A stretch of 64,000 nucleotides of DNA from Candidatus Omnitrophota bacterium (GCA_003140935.1 PLLJ01000011.1:2634-66633), one strand, 5' to 3'; positions 9,910 through 18,873 are shown, counted from the stretch's first letter. Numbers and translations are program-made. Notes: generated by a model from the letters alone, not told the origin.

Positions 9910-11309
9910 TTTTTCTTTAAAACCCGCTCCGTTTTCCCCGCCTTGCCCCGCAGGCGAGGCTCGCCACTTCGTAGGCGGCCTATTTCCGTCAAACACTGCG
10001 AAAGATTCATAGCGCAGAATCCTTCCCCGCACATCGAACAATATTTTCCGTGCCGCGCTCCCCCTTCCGGAAGACCTTCATCGTGCATTTTCTTCGCATT
10101 CTCCGGATCGAGCGACAGGGCGTATTGCTTTTCCCAATCAAAATCAAATCGGGCCTTCGCGAGCGCGTCATCCCTCTTCCGGGCGCCCGGCCGATGGCGC
10201 GCAACGTCCGCAGCGTGCGCTGCGATCTTATAGGCGATCACGCCCTGTTTCACGTCATCGAGATTCGGAAGCCTCAGATGTTCGCACGGCGTCACGTAAC
10301 AAAGCATGGCCGCGCCCGCTTGAGCGGCGATCGCCGCACCGATCGCGGAGGTAATATGGTCATACCCCGGCGCAATGTCCGTCACGAGCGGACCCAATAC
10401 ATAAAAAGGCGCGCCGTGGCAAACTTTAATCTGACGTTCAATGTTCATGGGGATCTGGTCCATCGGCACGTGCCCCGGACCTTCCACCATCACCTGCACG
10501 TCCTGTTCCCAGGCCCGTAAGGTCAAAGCCCCGAGCGCATCCAATTCCGCGAATTGCGCTGCGTCACTCGCATCGGCGAGACACCCCGGACGCATCCCGT
10601 CCCCGAGACTGATCGTCACGTCGTATTTTTTACAGATCTCAAGCAGCCGGTCGAAGTGCGTAAAAAGAAAATTCTGCTTTTGATGGGCTTTGCACCAGCG
10701 CGCGAGAATCGCGCCGCCGCGGCTCACCACGCCCGTCACCCGGCTTTCGATGAGAGGCAGATGTTCTAACAACACTCCCGCATGGATCGTCATAAAATCC
10801 ACACCCTGCTGGGCTTGATGTTCGATCACTTCGAACATGATCTCCGGCGTTAAAGCCTCCGGTTTACCCTTCACCCGTTCGAGCGCTTCGTAGATCGGCA
10901 CGGTTCCCACCGGCACCGTGGTCTCACGGAGGATCGCTTCGCGCGTTTCATCCAGCTGTTTTCCGGTCGAAAGGTCCATCACGGTATCGGCTCCGAATTT
11001 GACCGCGAGTTTCACTTTCTTCACTTCCGCTTGAATGTTCGAACCTAAGGCGGAATTCCCGAGATTCGCGTTGATCTTGCAACGAACACTTATTCCGATC
11101 CCCACCGGCCGCAGGTCCCGGTGATTGATATTCGCACAGATCACAAGCCGGCCGGCCGCCACCTCCTCCCGGACAAGTTCCGGCGAAATCCCTTCCTCGA
11201 CCGCCACATGGTTCATTTCTCCCGTCGCGATCCCCTGACGGGCGTAGTGCATTTGGGAACGATTTGTATCTTTTTCCCGCTTAGCGATCCATTCGTCTCG
11301 AAATAACAT
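9906..11309 (-). CDS. thiC: Phosphomethylpyrimidine synthase
   Basis: Motifs [48 protein letters not shown] and CSMCGEGFC; start may be 11309-11324. Confidence 0.93.
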   Translation of the reverse strand: MLFRDEWIAKREKDTNRSQMHYARQGIATGEMNHVAVEEGISPELVREEVAAGRLVICANINHRDLRPVGIGISVRCKINANLGNSALGSNIQAEVKKVKLAVKFGADTVMDLSTGKQLDETREAILRETTVPVGTVPIYEALERVKGKPEALTPEIMFEVIEHQAQQGVDFMTIHAGVLLEHLPLIESRVTGVVSRGGAILARWCKAHQKQNFLFTHFDRLLEICKKYDVTISLGDGMRPGCLADASDAAQFAELDALGALTLRAWEQDVQVMVEGPGHVPMDQIPMNIERQIKVCHGAPFYVLGPLVTDIAPGYDHITSAIGAAIAAQAGAAMLCYVTPCEHLRLPNLDDVKQGVIAYKIAAHAADVARHRPGARKRDDALAKARFDFDWEKQYALSLDPENAKKMHDEGLPEGGARHGKYCSMCGEGFCAMNLSQCLTEIGRLRSGEPRLRGKAGKTERVLKKK

Positions 11310-11338
11310 GTTTTCCTTCATCATACCTCTTACAACGT

Positions 11339-12493
11339 TCAGTGAAATGCTGTCTCGATAACATGGCGGTTCTCGTGCCACCACCCATTCAACTCTTTGG
11401 GGAAATATTTCATCGGTTTTTTTATAAGTTCACGGGTCGTCATGAGCGTCCGGTAGGGCCACTTCCCGATACGATCCTGCACCCGCCTCGCCAAGACCTC
11501 CAGCTCCGTCGAGGTGTTCGCCCGGACCATCGTATAAAGCGAGTACGGAAACTCGGTAAAGACCGGCCGCCGGTCCGCATAAAGCACTTCGCGGAATCCC
11601 GCGATCTCGGATCCTATACGCTCGAGCTTCTCTTCCGGAATCTGCCAAACCACTAAGGCCTTTGCACTCGAAAGAAATGTTTCGGGTTTTAGAAAACTCC
11701 CGATCCTTTTGAGATACCCTTTTTTTGCCAGTGTCTTTATACGTTCCAATGCTTGATCTTCCGAGATCCCGAGATCCGCGGCAATCTTCCGGTAAGGTTC
11801 GTCCGTAAGCGGAAACGGCTCCTGTAATTGTCGGATCATCTCGATCTCTTCCGCCGAAGGCCCATCCTTAAGCGAGGCTTCCGCGAGAGCTTGATGCTCC
11901 GGGCCGATCCGTGCTATCAAATCGGGAGATCTTACGGCTCGCCGTCTCTCAAAGTGCTCATCCATGGCCGGATATGTTCCCGCATCCAAAGAGCTCAAAA
12001 GGTCCGTTCCCTTGAACACCTTGCGCACGGGCAAGAATAAAGTCCTCTGAAAGCCCGCAAGTTTTTCAAAGCATCTGACATGCAACTCCAGGTCATGATC
12101 CGCCGGAGCCGTGATAAAGAACCAGAGATTGTACCCGTGTTCGCGCTCGCAACCATAGACCACGCCCGGATGCCGCCCAAAAACCTCCGCGCAGGATTCG
12201 AGTACGCCAGAACTGAGTTGCGCGCAAGGCCCATCCTTCGGCACAGCTTGGGCAGGAGCCTGATACTCGGGCCCGGCCTGTACTGCGACCCAGGCGCTCT
12301 GATAATGAAATGCGCGCGGGTTCAGAATGGCCTTGATTCCTGCGAAAATCCCTTCTTTTTTGAGACGCTGGATACGAACCAGAAGTTCCGCGCTGTCCGT
12401 GCCAATCTTCGCGGACAAAACATCGAAAGGCCGCAAAGTCAAAGAAAGCCCGTTTTGGAGATGGCTCAAAAGAAGACGGTCTTTTTCATCCAT
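11339..12493 (-). CDS. Fused AhbA-AhbB (NirDL/GH-like) Lrp/AsnC-fold protein
   Basis: Two repeats of wHTH plus AsnC-like domain: [22 protein letters not shown] and [24 protein letters not shown]. Confidence 0.75.
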   Translation of the reverse strand: MDEKDRLLLSHLQNGLSLTLRPFDVLSAKIGTDSAELLVRIQRLKKEGIFAGIKAILNPRAFHYQSAWVAVQAGPEYQAPAQAVPKDGPCAQLSSGVLESCAEVFGRHPGVVYGCEREHGYNLWFFITAPADHDLELHVRCFEKLAGFQRTLFLPVRKVFKGTDLLSSLDAGTYPAMDEHFERRRAVRSPDLIARIGPEHQALAEASLKDGPSAEEIEMIRQLQEPFPLTDEPYRKIAADLGISEDQALERIKTLAKKGYLKRIGSFLKPETFLSSAKALVVWQIPEEKLERIGSEIAGFREVLYADRRPVFTEFPYSLYTMVRANTSTELEVLARRVQDRIGKWPYRTLMTTRELIKKPMKYFPKELNGWWHENRHVIETAFH

Positions 12494-12624
12494 AGGAGCT
12501 ATTGTTCAGGACCTCCGGAAGGTTCGTTCAACGCCTGGAAGCATGATAACCGAGGGAGCGGGATTTGTCCATCAACGCAAGTCGCACTGAAAGAAGTAAA
12601 AGTTAGAAGGTCTTTGAAGAGAAT

Positions 12625-12936
12625 TTAGAGCGCCGCTAGAGCCGCATACTTGGCGTAAGGAGCGCCCCCGCGGGCGACATCCACCACCCCGCCCACCACC
12701 CCCGTCACGGTCTGAACCGTCCCGCGAATCGCTCCTGTCACGAGCCCGAATGGGAACATCACCCGTCCGGAATCCTGAAGCATAGCTTTCGGAATAGCGA
12801 ACACACCCCCCAAGATTTTGCCGGCTCCGCGCGAGGCGTAGGCGACATCCTCACCCAATTGGGCGTAGACAGGGAAAGACGCGAACAATATGCCAAGGAC
12901 CAGCAGGAGAACCAAGAAGGTTTTGAGTATTTTCAT
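12625..12936 (-). CDS. Small exported/membrane hypothetical protein (Gly-zipper-like)
   Basis: Signal peptide ending VYA, Gly-rich amphipathic helices and GAGGG RBS. Confidence 0.6.
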   Translation of the reverse strand: MKILKTFLVLLLVLGILFASFPVYAQLGEDVAYASRGAGKILGGVFAIPKAMLQDSGRVMFPFGLVTGAIRGTVQTVTGVVGGVVDVARGGAPYAKYAALAAL

Positions 12937-13009
12937 CGTTAATGACCCTCTCCCACGATCGGCATTAAAGATTTGAACTTTCGCGGATTTTGGCTATGAT
13001 AACGCACCT

Positions 13010-13927
13010 ATGAAAGACATTCTCGTAACGGGCGGTTCCGGCTTTATCGGCTCGAACATCGTCCTTGAACTCCAATCTCGCTTTCCTGAAGCCCGCATCA
13101 CGGTTTTGGAGGATTTCCGCAGTTCCTGTTTTAAGAACCTCCTTGGCTTTAAGGGCGACCTGCTGGCTTACGACTGTTCAGACAGGGCCTGGATGAACTG
13201 GGCCAAGGGCAAAAAGCTTGACATAATCTACCATATGGCCGCTATCACGGACACGACTATCCTCGATGAGCAAAAGATGATGTTTGATAATGTCGAAGGC
13301 TTTCGTAATGTCCTCGACCTTGCCGTCGAGAAGAAAGCCGCCGTGGTCTATGCCTCCTCCGCCGCGACTTACGGCTCGATCGACCGGCCCATCAAAGAAT
13401 CTGACGCGGGTCATCCCAACAATATCTATGGCTACTCCAAATGGATCATGGACCAGCTTGCTCCCTCCTATTATGACAAGACCAAGGTGGTCGGACTGCG
13501 GTTCTTCAACGTCTTCGGCCCGCGGGAATATTACAAGGGACACGCTGCCAGCATGATCTACCAGCTCGCGCTCAAAATGATGGAGGGCCACCGCCCCCGC
13601 ATTTTCAAATGGGGTGAACAAAAGCGCGATCATATTTATGTCAAAGATGTCGTGACGGCCACGCTTATGGCGCACAAGGCCAAGGTGTCCACCGTTATGA
13701 ACCTTGGCACCGGCCAGGCCACTTCCTTCAATGAGATCGTGGATGCGCTCAATGAAGCGCTCGGGACAAATCACAAGCCCGATTACTTCGACAATCCCTA
13801 CAGTTTTTATCAGAACTTCACGCAGGCGGACATGAGCCACCATGAGAAAATGACGGGCTTTCGTTGCCGCTACACCACTCGAGAAGGCATCCTCGATTAC
13901 GTCCGGAACTACCTTCTTAAAAAATAA
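13010..13927 (+). CDS. hldD: ADP-L-glycero-D-manno-heptose 6-epimerase
   Basis: Motifs TGGSGFIGSN, YASSAATYG, YGYSK, LRFFNVFGPREYYKG.ASM and YQNFTQAD. Confidence 0.9.
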   Translation: MKDILVTGGSGFIGSNIVLELQSRFPEARITVLEDFRSSCFKNLLGFKGDLLAYDCSDRAWMNWAKGKKLDIIYHMAAITDTTILDEQKMMFDNVEGFRNVLDLAVEKKAAVVYASSAATYGSIDRPIKESDAGHPNNIYGYSKWIMDQLAPSYYDKTKVVGLRFFNVFGPREYYKGHAASMIYQLALKMMEGHRPRIFKWGEQKRDHIYVKDVVTATLMAHKAKVSTVMNLGTGQATSFNEIVDALNEALGTNHKPDYFDNPYSFYQNFTQADMSHHEKMTGFRCRYTTREGILDYVRNYLLKK

Positions 13928-14019
13928 ACCCTGCTATTGGACGACGGGTCTCATGAAAAATCCGCCATCCTTTTTTTCATCTTTCTTCGGCCCCCTCCCG
14001 CCCCCCGTCCTTGTTCTGC

Positions 14020-14047
14020 TTGCCAAAACAAGGGAATTCGCTAGACT
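14020..14047 (+). promoter_or_regulatory. Putative sigma70 promoter for the AI-2E transporter gene
   Basis: TTGCCA-16 bp-TAGACT; the -10 box overlaps the left end of the 86 bp element. Confidence 0.4.
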
Positions 14048-14131
14048 ATCCTTGCCTAAAATTTTTCCCTAGATGGTTGGCAAGGATTGCCCCAATTTCA
14101 GATTTTCTGAAATTGATAAGAATTGGGACTA
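14046..14131 (+). repeat. 86 bp double-hairpin element, copy 1
   Basis: Arms atccttgcc (14048-56) / ggcaaggat (14079-87) and caatttcaga (14093-102) / tctgaaattg (14106-115); ends 5 nt before ATG 14137. Confidence 0.93.
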
Positions 14132-14136
14132 AAGCC

Positions 14137-15189
14137 ATGAAACGCGAGCAATTTATCTCTTTTTTCTTCATTGGCATCCTGGGTTTTATTGTCTACGAGG
14201 TTTTTAATATTTTCGCGCCGTTTTTCACGGCTATTTTCTGGGCGGCGATCCTCGCATTCGCATTTTATCCTCTCTATGAAAAACTGCGCAAATGGTTCCC
14301 TAAACGGAATAATTCCATCGCGCTCCTTATGACGCTCGCCGTGTTCCTCATCGTCGTCCCGCCGCTCATTTATGTCATCATCAACATGACCACCCAGGTC
14401 ATCGAATTTTCCCAGTGGGCTTACGGCTACGTTCGTGATGGAAAATTGGAACAGCTGGTCGAACAGGTCCGGACGCATCCCTGGTTCCAGAACATCCAGA
14501 CCCACATCTTCGCGTCACAAACGCTCAAAGAAAGCTTGTCTTCGTGGTCCCTCGGAACCATCAAGACTCTCGGAAATCTCGCCGCGACTCAGGCCGGGAC
14601 TTTTACCAAGAATATCTTCTTTGTCATTTTGAATGTTTTCTTCATGTCCTTCCTGACCTTCATTTTTTTTAAACATGGGGAAAGGATCTACAATTTCATT
14701 TACGAGATCGCGCCGTTCGAGAAAGAGACCAAAAAGGCTCTTTTCAAACAAATCCATGAAACGTTTGTCGCAGTCATCCGGGGACAACTCCTGACCAGCA
14801 TCACGCAGGCGGCCGTGGCGGGCATCATTTTCACAGCTTTGGGGGTCCCACTCCCGCTTTTTTTCACATTCCTGATCTTCCTGACCTCGCTCATCCCAAT
14901 CCTCGGCGCGGCAAGTGTGTGGTTTCCGATCGCAGTTTATCTTTTGATCATGCATCTCTATGGCAAGGCGATCGTTCTTTTCGTGCTGGGTTTTTTCGGG
15001 ATCAGCCTCATTGATAATTTCATGAAACCGGCCATCATCGGAGAGAGGACCAAACTTCCTTATTTTCTTCTTTTTTTTGGGATCATGGGCGGGATGAAAT
15101 TTTACGGCTTGATGGGGATCTTCCTGGCACCGGTAGTGCTCTCGATCTTCTTCGCCTTGATCAAGATCTACCGCGAGAAATACGTCTGA
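14137..15189 (+). CDS. AI-2E family transporter (PerM/YhhT-like)
   Basis: Motifs AILAFAFYPLY, SLIPILGA, LIDNFMKPAIIG and GLMGIFLAP; true start placed after the repeat. Confidence 0.9.
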   Translation: MKREQFISFFFIGILGFIVYEVFNIFAPFFTAIFWAAILAFAFYPLYEKLRKWFPKRNNSIALLMTLAVFLIVVPPLIYVIINMTTQVIEFSQWAYGYVRDGKLEQLVEQVRTHPWFQNIQTHIFASQTLKESLSSWSLGTIKTLGNLAATQAGTFTKNIFFVILNVFFMSFLTFIFFKHGERIYNFIYEIAPFEKETKKALFKQIHETFVAVIRGQLLTSITQAAVAGIIFTALGVPLPLFFTFLIFLTSLIPILGAASVWFPIAVYLLIMHLYGKAIVLFVLGFFGISLIDNFMKPAIIGERTKLPYFLLFFGIMGGMKFYGLMGIFLAPVVLSIFFALIKIYREKYV

Positions 15190-15264
15190 TCTTTCAGTAT
15201 ATTCTTCCTTTTTAAGGCCCCGCCCCGTCCGGCAGGCAAGGCGACCTGAGGAATCGACCCTTCC

Positions 15265-16371
15265 CTAATCTCCGAGGATCTTTGTCTCCTGACCGATCTG
15301 AATGCCTTTCATCAGAGATTGAATATCTTCCGGTGACGGACTTGCAGCAATGGCGGTTTCTTGGCTGATCCGTCCAGCCTTCCAAAGCTCCAAAAGCGAC
15401 TGGTCCATCGTCTGCATTCCTTCTTCGCGAGCATTGCGGATCGCTTGCGGGATCTTGTCGATCTTTTTCTCGAGGATCAGCTGCTTGATCGTATAATTTC
15501 CCAGAAGCACCTCGCTCGCAGGCACGAGTGTTTTCCCGTCCTTAGCCCCTAGAAGTTTCTGGACCATAATGCAGGACATGTTGGCCGCAAAATAACGCAA
15601 GACCGCGTCTCTCTCCTGGGGAGGGAAAAACCCGAGAACGCGATCAAAAACCTGGCTCGCGGACTGGGCGTGAACGGTGGAGATCACAAGTCTGCCTACC
15701 TCGGCTGAGGAAAGTGCGAAACTGAAGGATTCCGCGTCTCGCATCTCACCGATGACGATCACGTCGGGGGACTGACGCACCATGTATTTCAGGGCCGAAC
15801 CAAAACTTTCTGCATCGCGTCCGATCTCGCGCTGCTGAATGAGACACTTTTTGTCTTCGTGCATATATTCAATAGGATCTTCGATCGTGAGAATATGTTT
15901 TTGGACACTTTCGTTCATGGTCCGGATCATAGCCGAAACTGTGGTGGTCTTCCCGGAAGAGACCGTTCCCCCGATCAAAACAATGCCGGATTTTTCGAGT
16001 GCGACCCTTTTTAGGATGGGCGGTAGCCCGAGCTCCTCGAAACTCGGAATGCCTCTCCATAGCAACCGGAACACCAGGGAGATATCCCCCTGCTGGAAGA
16101 ATGCATTGGCCCGAAAACGGCAGTCCTTTTCGCGAAAGGAGAAACCGAAATCCACGCTTTTGTTTTTTTGAAGAATCTCCTTCTGCGTGGGATCCAGAAG
16201 CCCGCCCACAAGTTCACGGATCTCTACTGCAGAAGGTGCCTTCAAGTTTAACGATAGCAACTGCCCTCCAAGGCGCATACGAGGGGACGAACCCGCCTTT
16301 AAAAAAACATCCTGTCCCCTTTGTTCAATGACCTTTTCAAGGCAGGATTTCAAGAAAGCATTCGTATCCAT
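15265..16371 (-). CDS. PilT/PilU family type IV pilus retraction ATPase
   Basis: RFRANAFFQQG, Walker A GTVSSGKTT, Asp box TIEDPIEY, VIVIGEMRD and GMQTMDQSL; AGGAG RBS before ATG 16371. Confidence 0.9.
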   Translation of the reverse strand: MDTNAFLKSCLEKVIEQRGQDVFLKAGSSPRMRLGGQLLSLNLKAPSAVEIRELVGGLLDPTQKEILQKNKSVDFGFSFREKDCRFRANAFFQQGDISLVFRLLWRGIPSFEELGLPPILKRVALEKSGIVLIGGTVSSGKTTTVSAMIRTMNESVQKHILTIEDPIEYMHEDKKCLIQQREIGRDAESFGSALKYMVRQSPDVIVIGEMRDAESFSFALSSAEVGRLVISTVHAQSASQVFDRVLGFFPPQERDAVLRYFAANMSCIMVQKLLGAKDGKTLVPASEVLLGNYTIKQLILEKKIDKIPQAIRNAREEGMQTMDQSLLELWKAGRISQETAIAASPSPEDIQSLMKGIQIGQETKILGD

Positions 16372-16489
16372 GAGACTCCTTTCATGCTGCGCATCTTTCA
16401 AAACTGTAATTCATTTTAACAGTCTGACAAGGGCACTGCAATAGCCCTTTCGCCCTTGAGGGAAAATAGATTTCCTTTTTATATCTAAC

Positions 16490-17932
16490 TTGGCTATCAT
16501 AATAACATTCCTGTTTAAAGAGGCACGTGAATTTCTGAGGGCGCGCAACATGAGGATCACGGAGAAGACCCCGGCGGAAGAGATCTACAAAAAAGCCTAC
16601 CACCTCTACCAATTCCGCATCCTCACGATTCTCTTCCTCATTCCTCTTTATGTCTTGACCTGCAAATGGGGAAATTTCACGATCGAAAATCTTTGGTCGC
16701 TTTATGGCGTGATCGCGGTCGAGCTTTTCGTCAACCGCCCTTACAAGGTTTTTTTTCGCGATTCACGATCGGGGACCCAAGCCCTGATTGGTTCGGTTGG
16801 TATCGATTTTTTGGCAGAAACCGCCGCCCTGCATCTTTTGGGGAACGTCGATCTTTTCATTTTTACTTCCTGTTTCTTCATCTCCATCGTTTACTGCGCA
16901 TTGAATCTCCCGACCATCCTGACCCTGCAAATGGCCACACTCGCTTCGGCCCTGTATGCGGGGCTGATCGTTCTCGGACGTTTTCATATCATCCCCAACA
17001 CCGTCTCGCTCGGACCCGACTTGAATCAGGTCCAAGAAACCGCCATCATCTTCCGGCACATCGCTTTTTTCTACCTGATTGCGATTTTCATAAGTTTCCT
17101 GTCTTCCGCTCTCATGAAAAAGGACGAGCGTCTCGAGGAGCTCCTTCGGGAACTCCGGAGAACGAGCGATAAGGTCAAGTACGCTTATCATATACAGACT
17201 GATTATTTCGCCCGTATGAGTCACGAGATCCGGGCGCCGCTGAACTCGATCCTGGGCTTTTCCCAGCTCTTACTCGAAAACCCGACCGAACCGCTCACAG
17301 AAAAACAAAAAGATTTTCTCTCCCGTGTCGAGCGAAGCGCCAAACATCTTCGCGAACTGATCAATGATGTTCTCGATCTGTCAAAGATCGAGTCCAAAAA
17401 AGCGAGCCTGGAACTCCACGAGATCGAGCTTGTTAAGATCATCCATACAGCCATCGAAGTTTTTAATGAAGAAGCCCTCACGAAACGTCTGCTCTTGGGG
17501 TTTACAAAAAAACCGCTCAATCTCCGAATCATGGCGGACGAACTCAAGATCAGACAGGTGCTTTACAATCTCATTTCCAACTCCATCAAATTCACCCATC
17601 AAGGTTTTGTCTCTATTGCCTTGGAGAAAGAGACCGATGGCGGAGCAAGGATCATGGTGGAAGATTCGGGGCCCGGAATTGCCTCACAAGATCAAGCGGC
17701 TATCTTCCAGCCTTATGAGGTGACAGGGCGAACGATTGATAAGGGCGGCGGGAAGGGAACAGGATTGGGACTTGCCATCAGCAAAAAATTAGTGGAGATG
17801 CACGGCGGAAAGATCTGGGTCGAAAGTGAGCCCGGAAGAGGAGCCCGGTTCATTGTCACGCTCCCGCCGGTACCTCCGACGCCGAAGCCCGAGGGAAATG
17901 CCTTGCCAGCAGACCCCGCCGCGACCGATTAG
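16490..17932 (+). CDS. Membrane sensor histidine kinase
   Basis: About six TMs, H box MSHEIRAPLNSILGF, N box QVLYNLISNSIKF, and G boxes DSGPGI and GTGLGL. Confidence 0.93.
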   Translation: MAIIITFLFKEAREFLRARNMRITEKTPAEEIYKKAYHLYQFRILTILFLIPLYVLTCKWGNFTIENLWSLYGVIAVELFVNRPYKVFFRDSRSGTQALIGSVGIDFLAETAALHLLGNVDLFIFTSCFFISIVYCALNLPTILTLQMATLASALYAGLIVLGRFHIIPNTVSLGPDLNQVQETAIIFRHIAFFYLIAIFISFLSSALMKKDERLEELLRELRRTSDKVKYAYHIQTDYFARMSHEIRAPLNSILGFSQLLLENPTEPLTEKQKDFLSRVERSAKHLRELINDVLDLSKIESKKASLELHEIELVKIIHTAIEVFNEEALTKRLLLGFTKKPLNLRIMADELKIRQVLYNLISNSIKFTHQGFVSIALEKETDGGARIMVEDSGPGIASQDQAAIFQPYEVTGRTIDKGGGKGTGLGLAISKKLVEMHGGKIWVESEPGRGARFIVTLPPVPPTPKPEGNALPADPAATD

Positions 17933-17950
17933 TGCCGCTCTCCGGCAGTG

Positions 17951-18262
17951 CTAGACTTTTTTCATCCCTTCGCAGTAATGTTGACTTCTTTCCGTTTTCC
18001 AGTTCAAGGGAAAATCGCGGCACTGCGTGGGTCTTGCAGCATAGACCGTACAACCGGTTGGCCCAAGAAAGAGACACGTTTCATCCGGATTTTTTTTAAG
18101 CACAAGATGCTGCCGATCCATGAGAAGGCAATACGTCTCCGTGAACGGGTAAATGTCCATCTCAAGACACGCGGCAAGGCGTTCGACATCTCCCTTTTTA
18201 AGATAGACAAACCCGGGTTGCCTGCAACAGGCACTGCAGCGCTGGCATTGGAAGGTAGGCAT
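17951..18262 (-). CDS. YkgJ-family cysteine cluster protein
   Basis: FQCQRCSACC ... CLFL ... CTVYAARPTQCRDFP; start at ATG 18262. Confidence 0.88.
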   Translation of the reverse strand: MPTFQCQRCSACCRQPGFVYLKKGDVERLAACLEMDIYPFTETYCLLMDRQHLVLKKNPDETCLFLGPTGCTVYAARPTQCRDFPLNWKTERSQHYCEGMKKV

Positions 18263-18268
18263 GAGAAA

Positions 18269-18341
18269 AGGGACTCGCCCCTCGGGATTCGTCTGGGTTT
18301 CTCGCTTTTTACGAGTCCCTAGTCCCGAGGAACAAGTCCCT
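18269..18341. repeat. GGGAC/GTCCC palindromic element
   Basis: agggactcg (18269-77) / cgagtccct (18312-20); alternative outer pairing of cctcggga with tcccgagg and agggact with agtccct (18335-41). Confidence 0.65.
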
Positions 18342-18350
18342 CTTGATGGT

Positions 18351-18692
18351 TTATTTTGAAAGCTGTTGTTCGACGAAATCACCGACCACGGGTAGTTTGT
18401 AACGCTCACCTTTATAGGCCTTCACCATCAACACGATCCAGAGCACGATGCTTAGGGGCCAGAGAAGCAGGTTGGCCAGGACTCCCAGAACCGGAATGAA
18501 CCCGATGACCAAAGTGATGATGAAAAGACCGAGAAACGTCACGAGAGACTGCATCGCGTGGAAACGCACGAATGCATTTTTTTGCTCAAGCAACAGAAAA
18601 ACAAGCCCCGTGAGCCATCCCAAAGCATAGCAGAGAAGCCCTTCGAGATTTTCCGTGACACCCAAAACCGTATTTTTATTTTCGTCTGCCAT
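18351..18692 (-). CDS. DUF4870-like membrane protein
   Basis: Motifs EN.EGLLCY..GW.TG, FVRFHAMQS and KAYKGERYKLPVVG. Confidence 0.8.
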   Translation of the reverse strand: MADENKNTVLGVTENLEGLLCYALGWLTGLVFLLLEQKNAFVRFHAMQSLVTFLGLFIITLVIGFIPVLGVLANLLLWPLSIVLWIVLMVKAYKGERYKLPVVGDFVEQQLSK

Positions 18693-18711
18693 CTGGAACC
18701 CCCCTTATTTT

Positions 18712-18873
18712 TAGTCCCAATTCTTATCAATTTCAGAGAATCAGAAATTGGGGCCATCTTTGTCCCAACCTTGTAAAAAACTCAAAGGTGGTTGGGACTA
18801 TACTGATTACCACTCATTTTAAATAAAAATCAGTATGTCTACCATTTGAGAAAAAAAGCCGAGACAAGGATAG
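18712..18873 (-). repeat. 87 bp double-hairpin element, copy 2, with a nested 75 bp insert
   Basis: Right half 18712-18764 and left half 18840-18873 (..gacaaggatag) match the other copies; tgtc is duplicated at 18761-64 and 18836-39; 162-75 = 87 bp. Confidence 0.88.

Noticed and set aside
9910-10041. Long IspG N-terminus given by the ORF track
   Set aside because: It overlaps the thiC 3' end; the ATGA-coupled start at 9909 fits IspG length better.
12494-12624. Possible TPP riboswitch upstream of the thiC operon (39815-39910 before thiS also checked)
   Set aside because: No CUGAGA or ACCUGA...AAUGC core found by eye; an Rfam scan is needed to exclude it fully.
14011-14136. N-terminal extensions and small ORFs containing APISD(S/F)LKLIRIGT (also 18539-18757 and 35361-35570) or KDCPNL (63546-63620)
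   Set aside because: These are translations of the DNA repeat. Better starts lie downstream, so I do not call them a peptide family.
18712-18873. CRISPR array or integron attC interpretation of the hairpin repeats
   Set aside because: Copies are dispersed rather than regularly spaced, no cas or intI gene is present, the ends do not fit RYYYAAC/GTTRRRY, and they lie upstream of genes.
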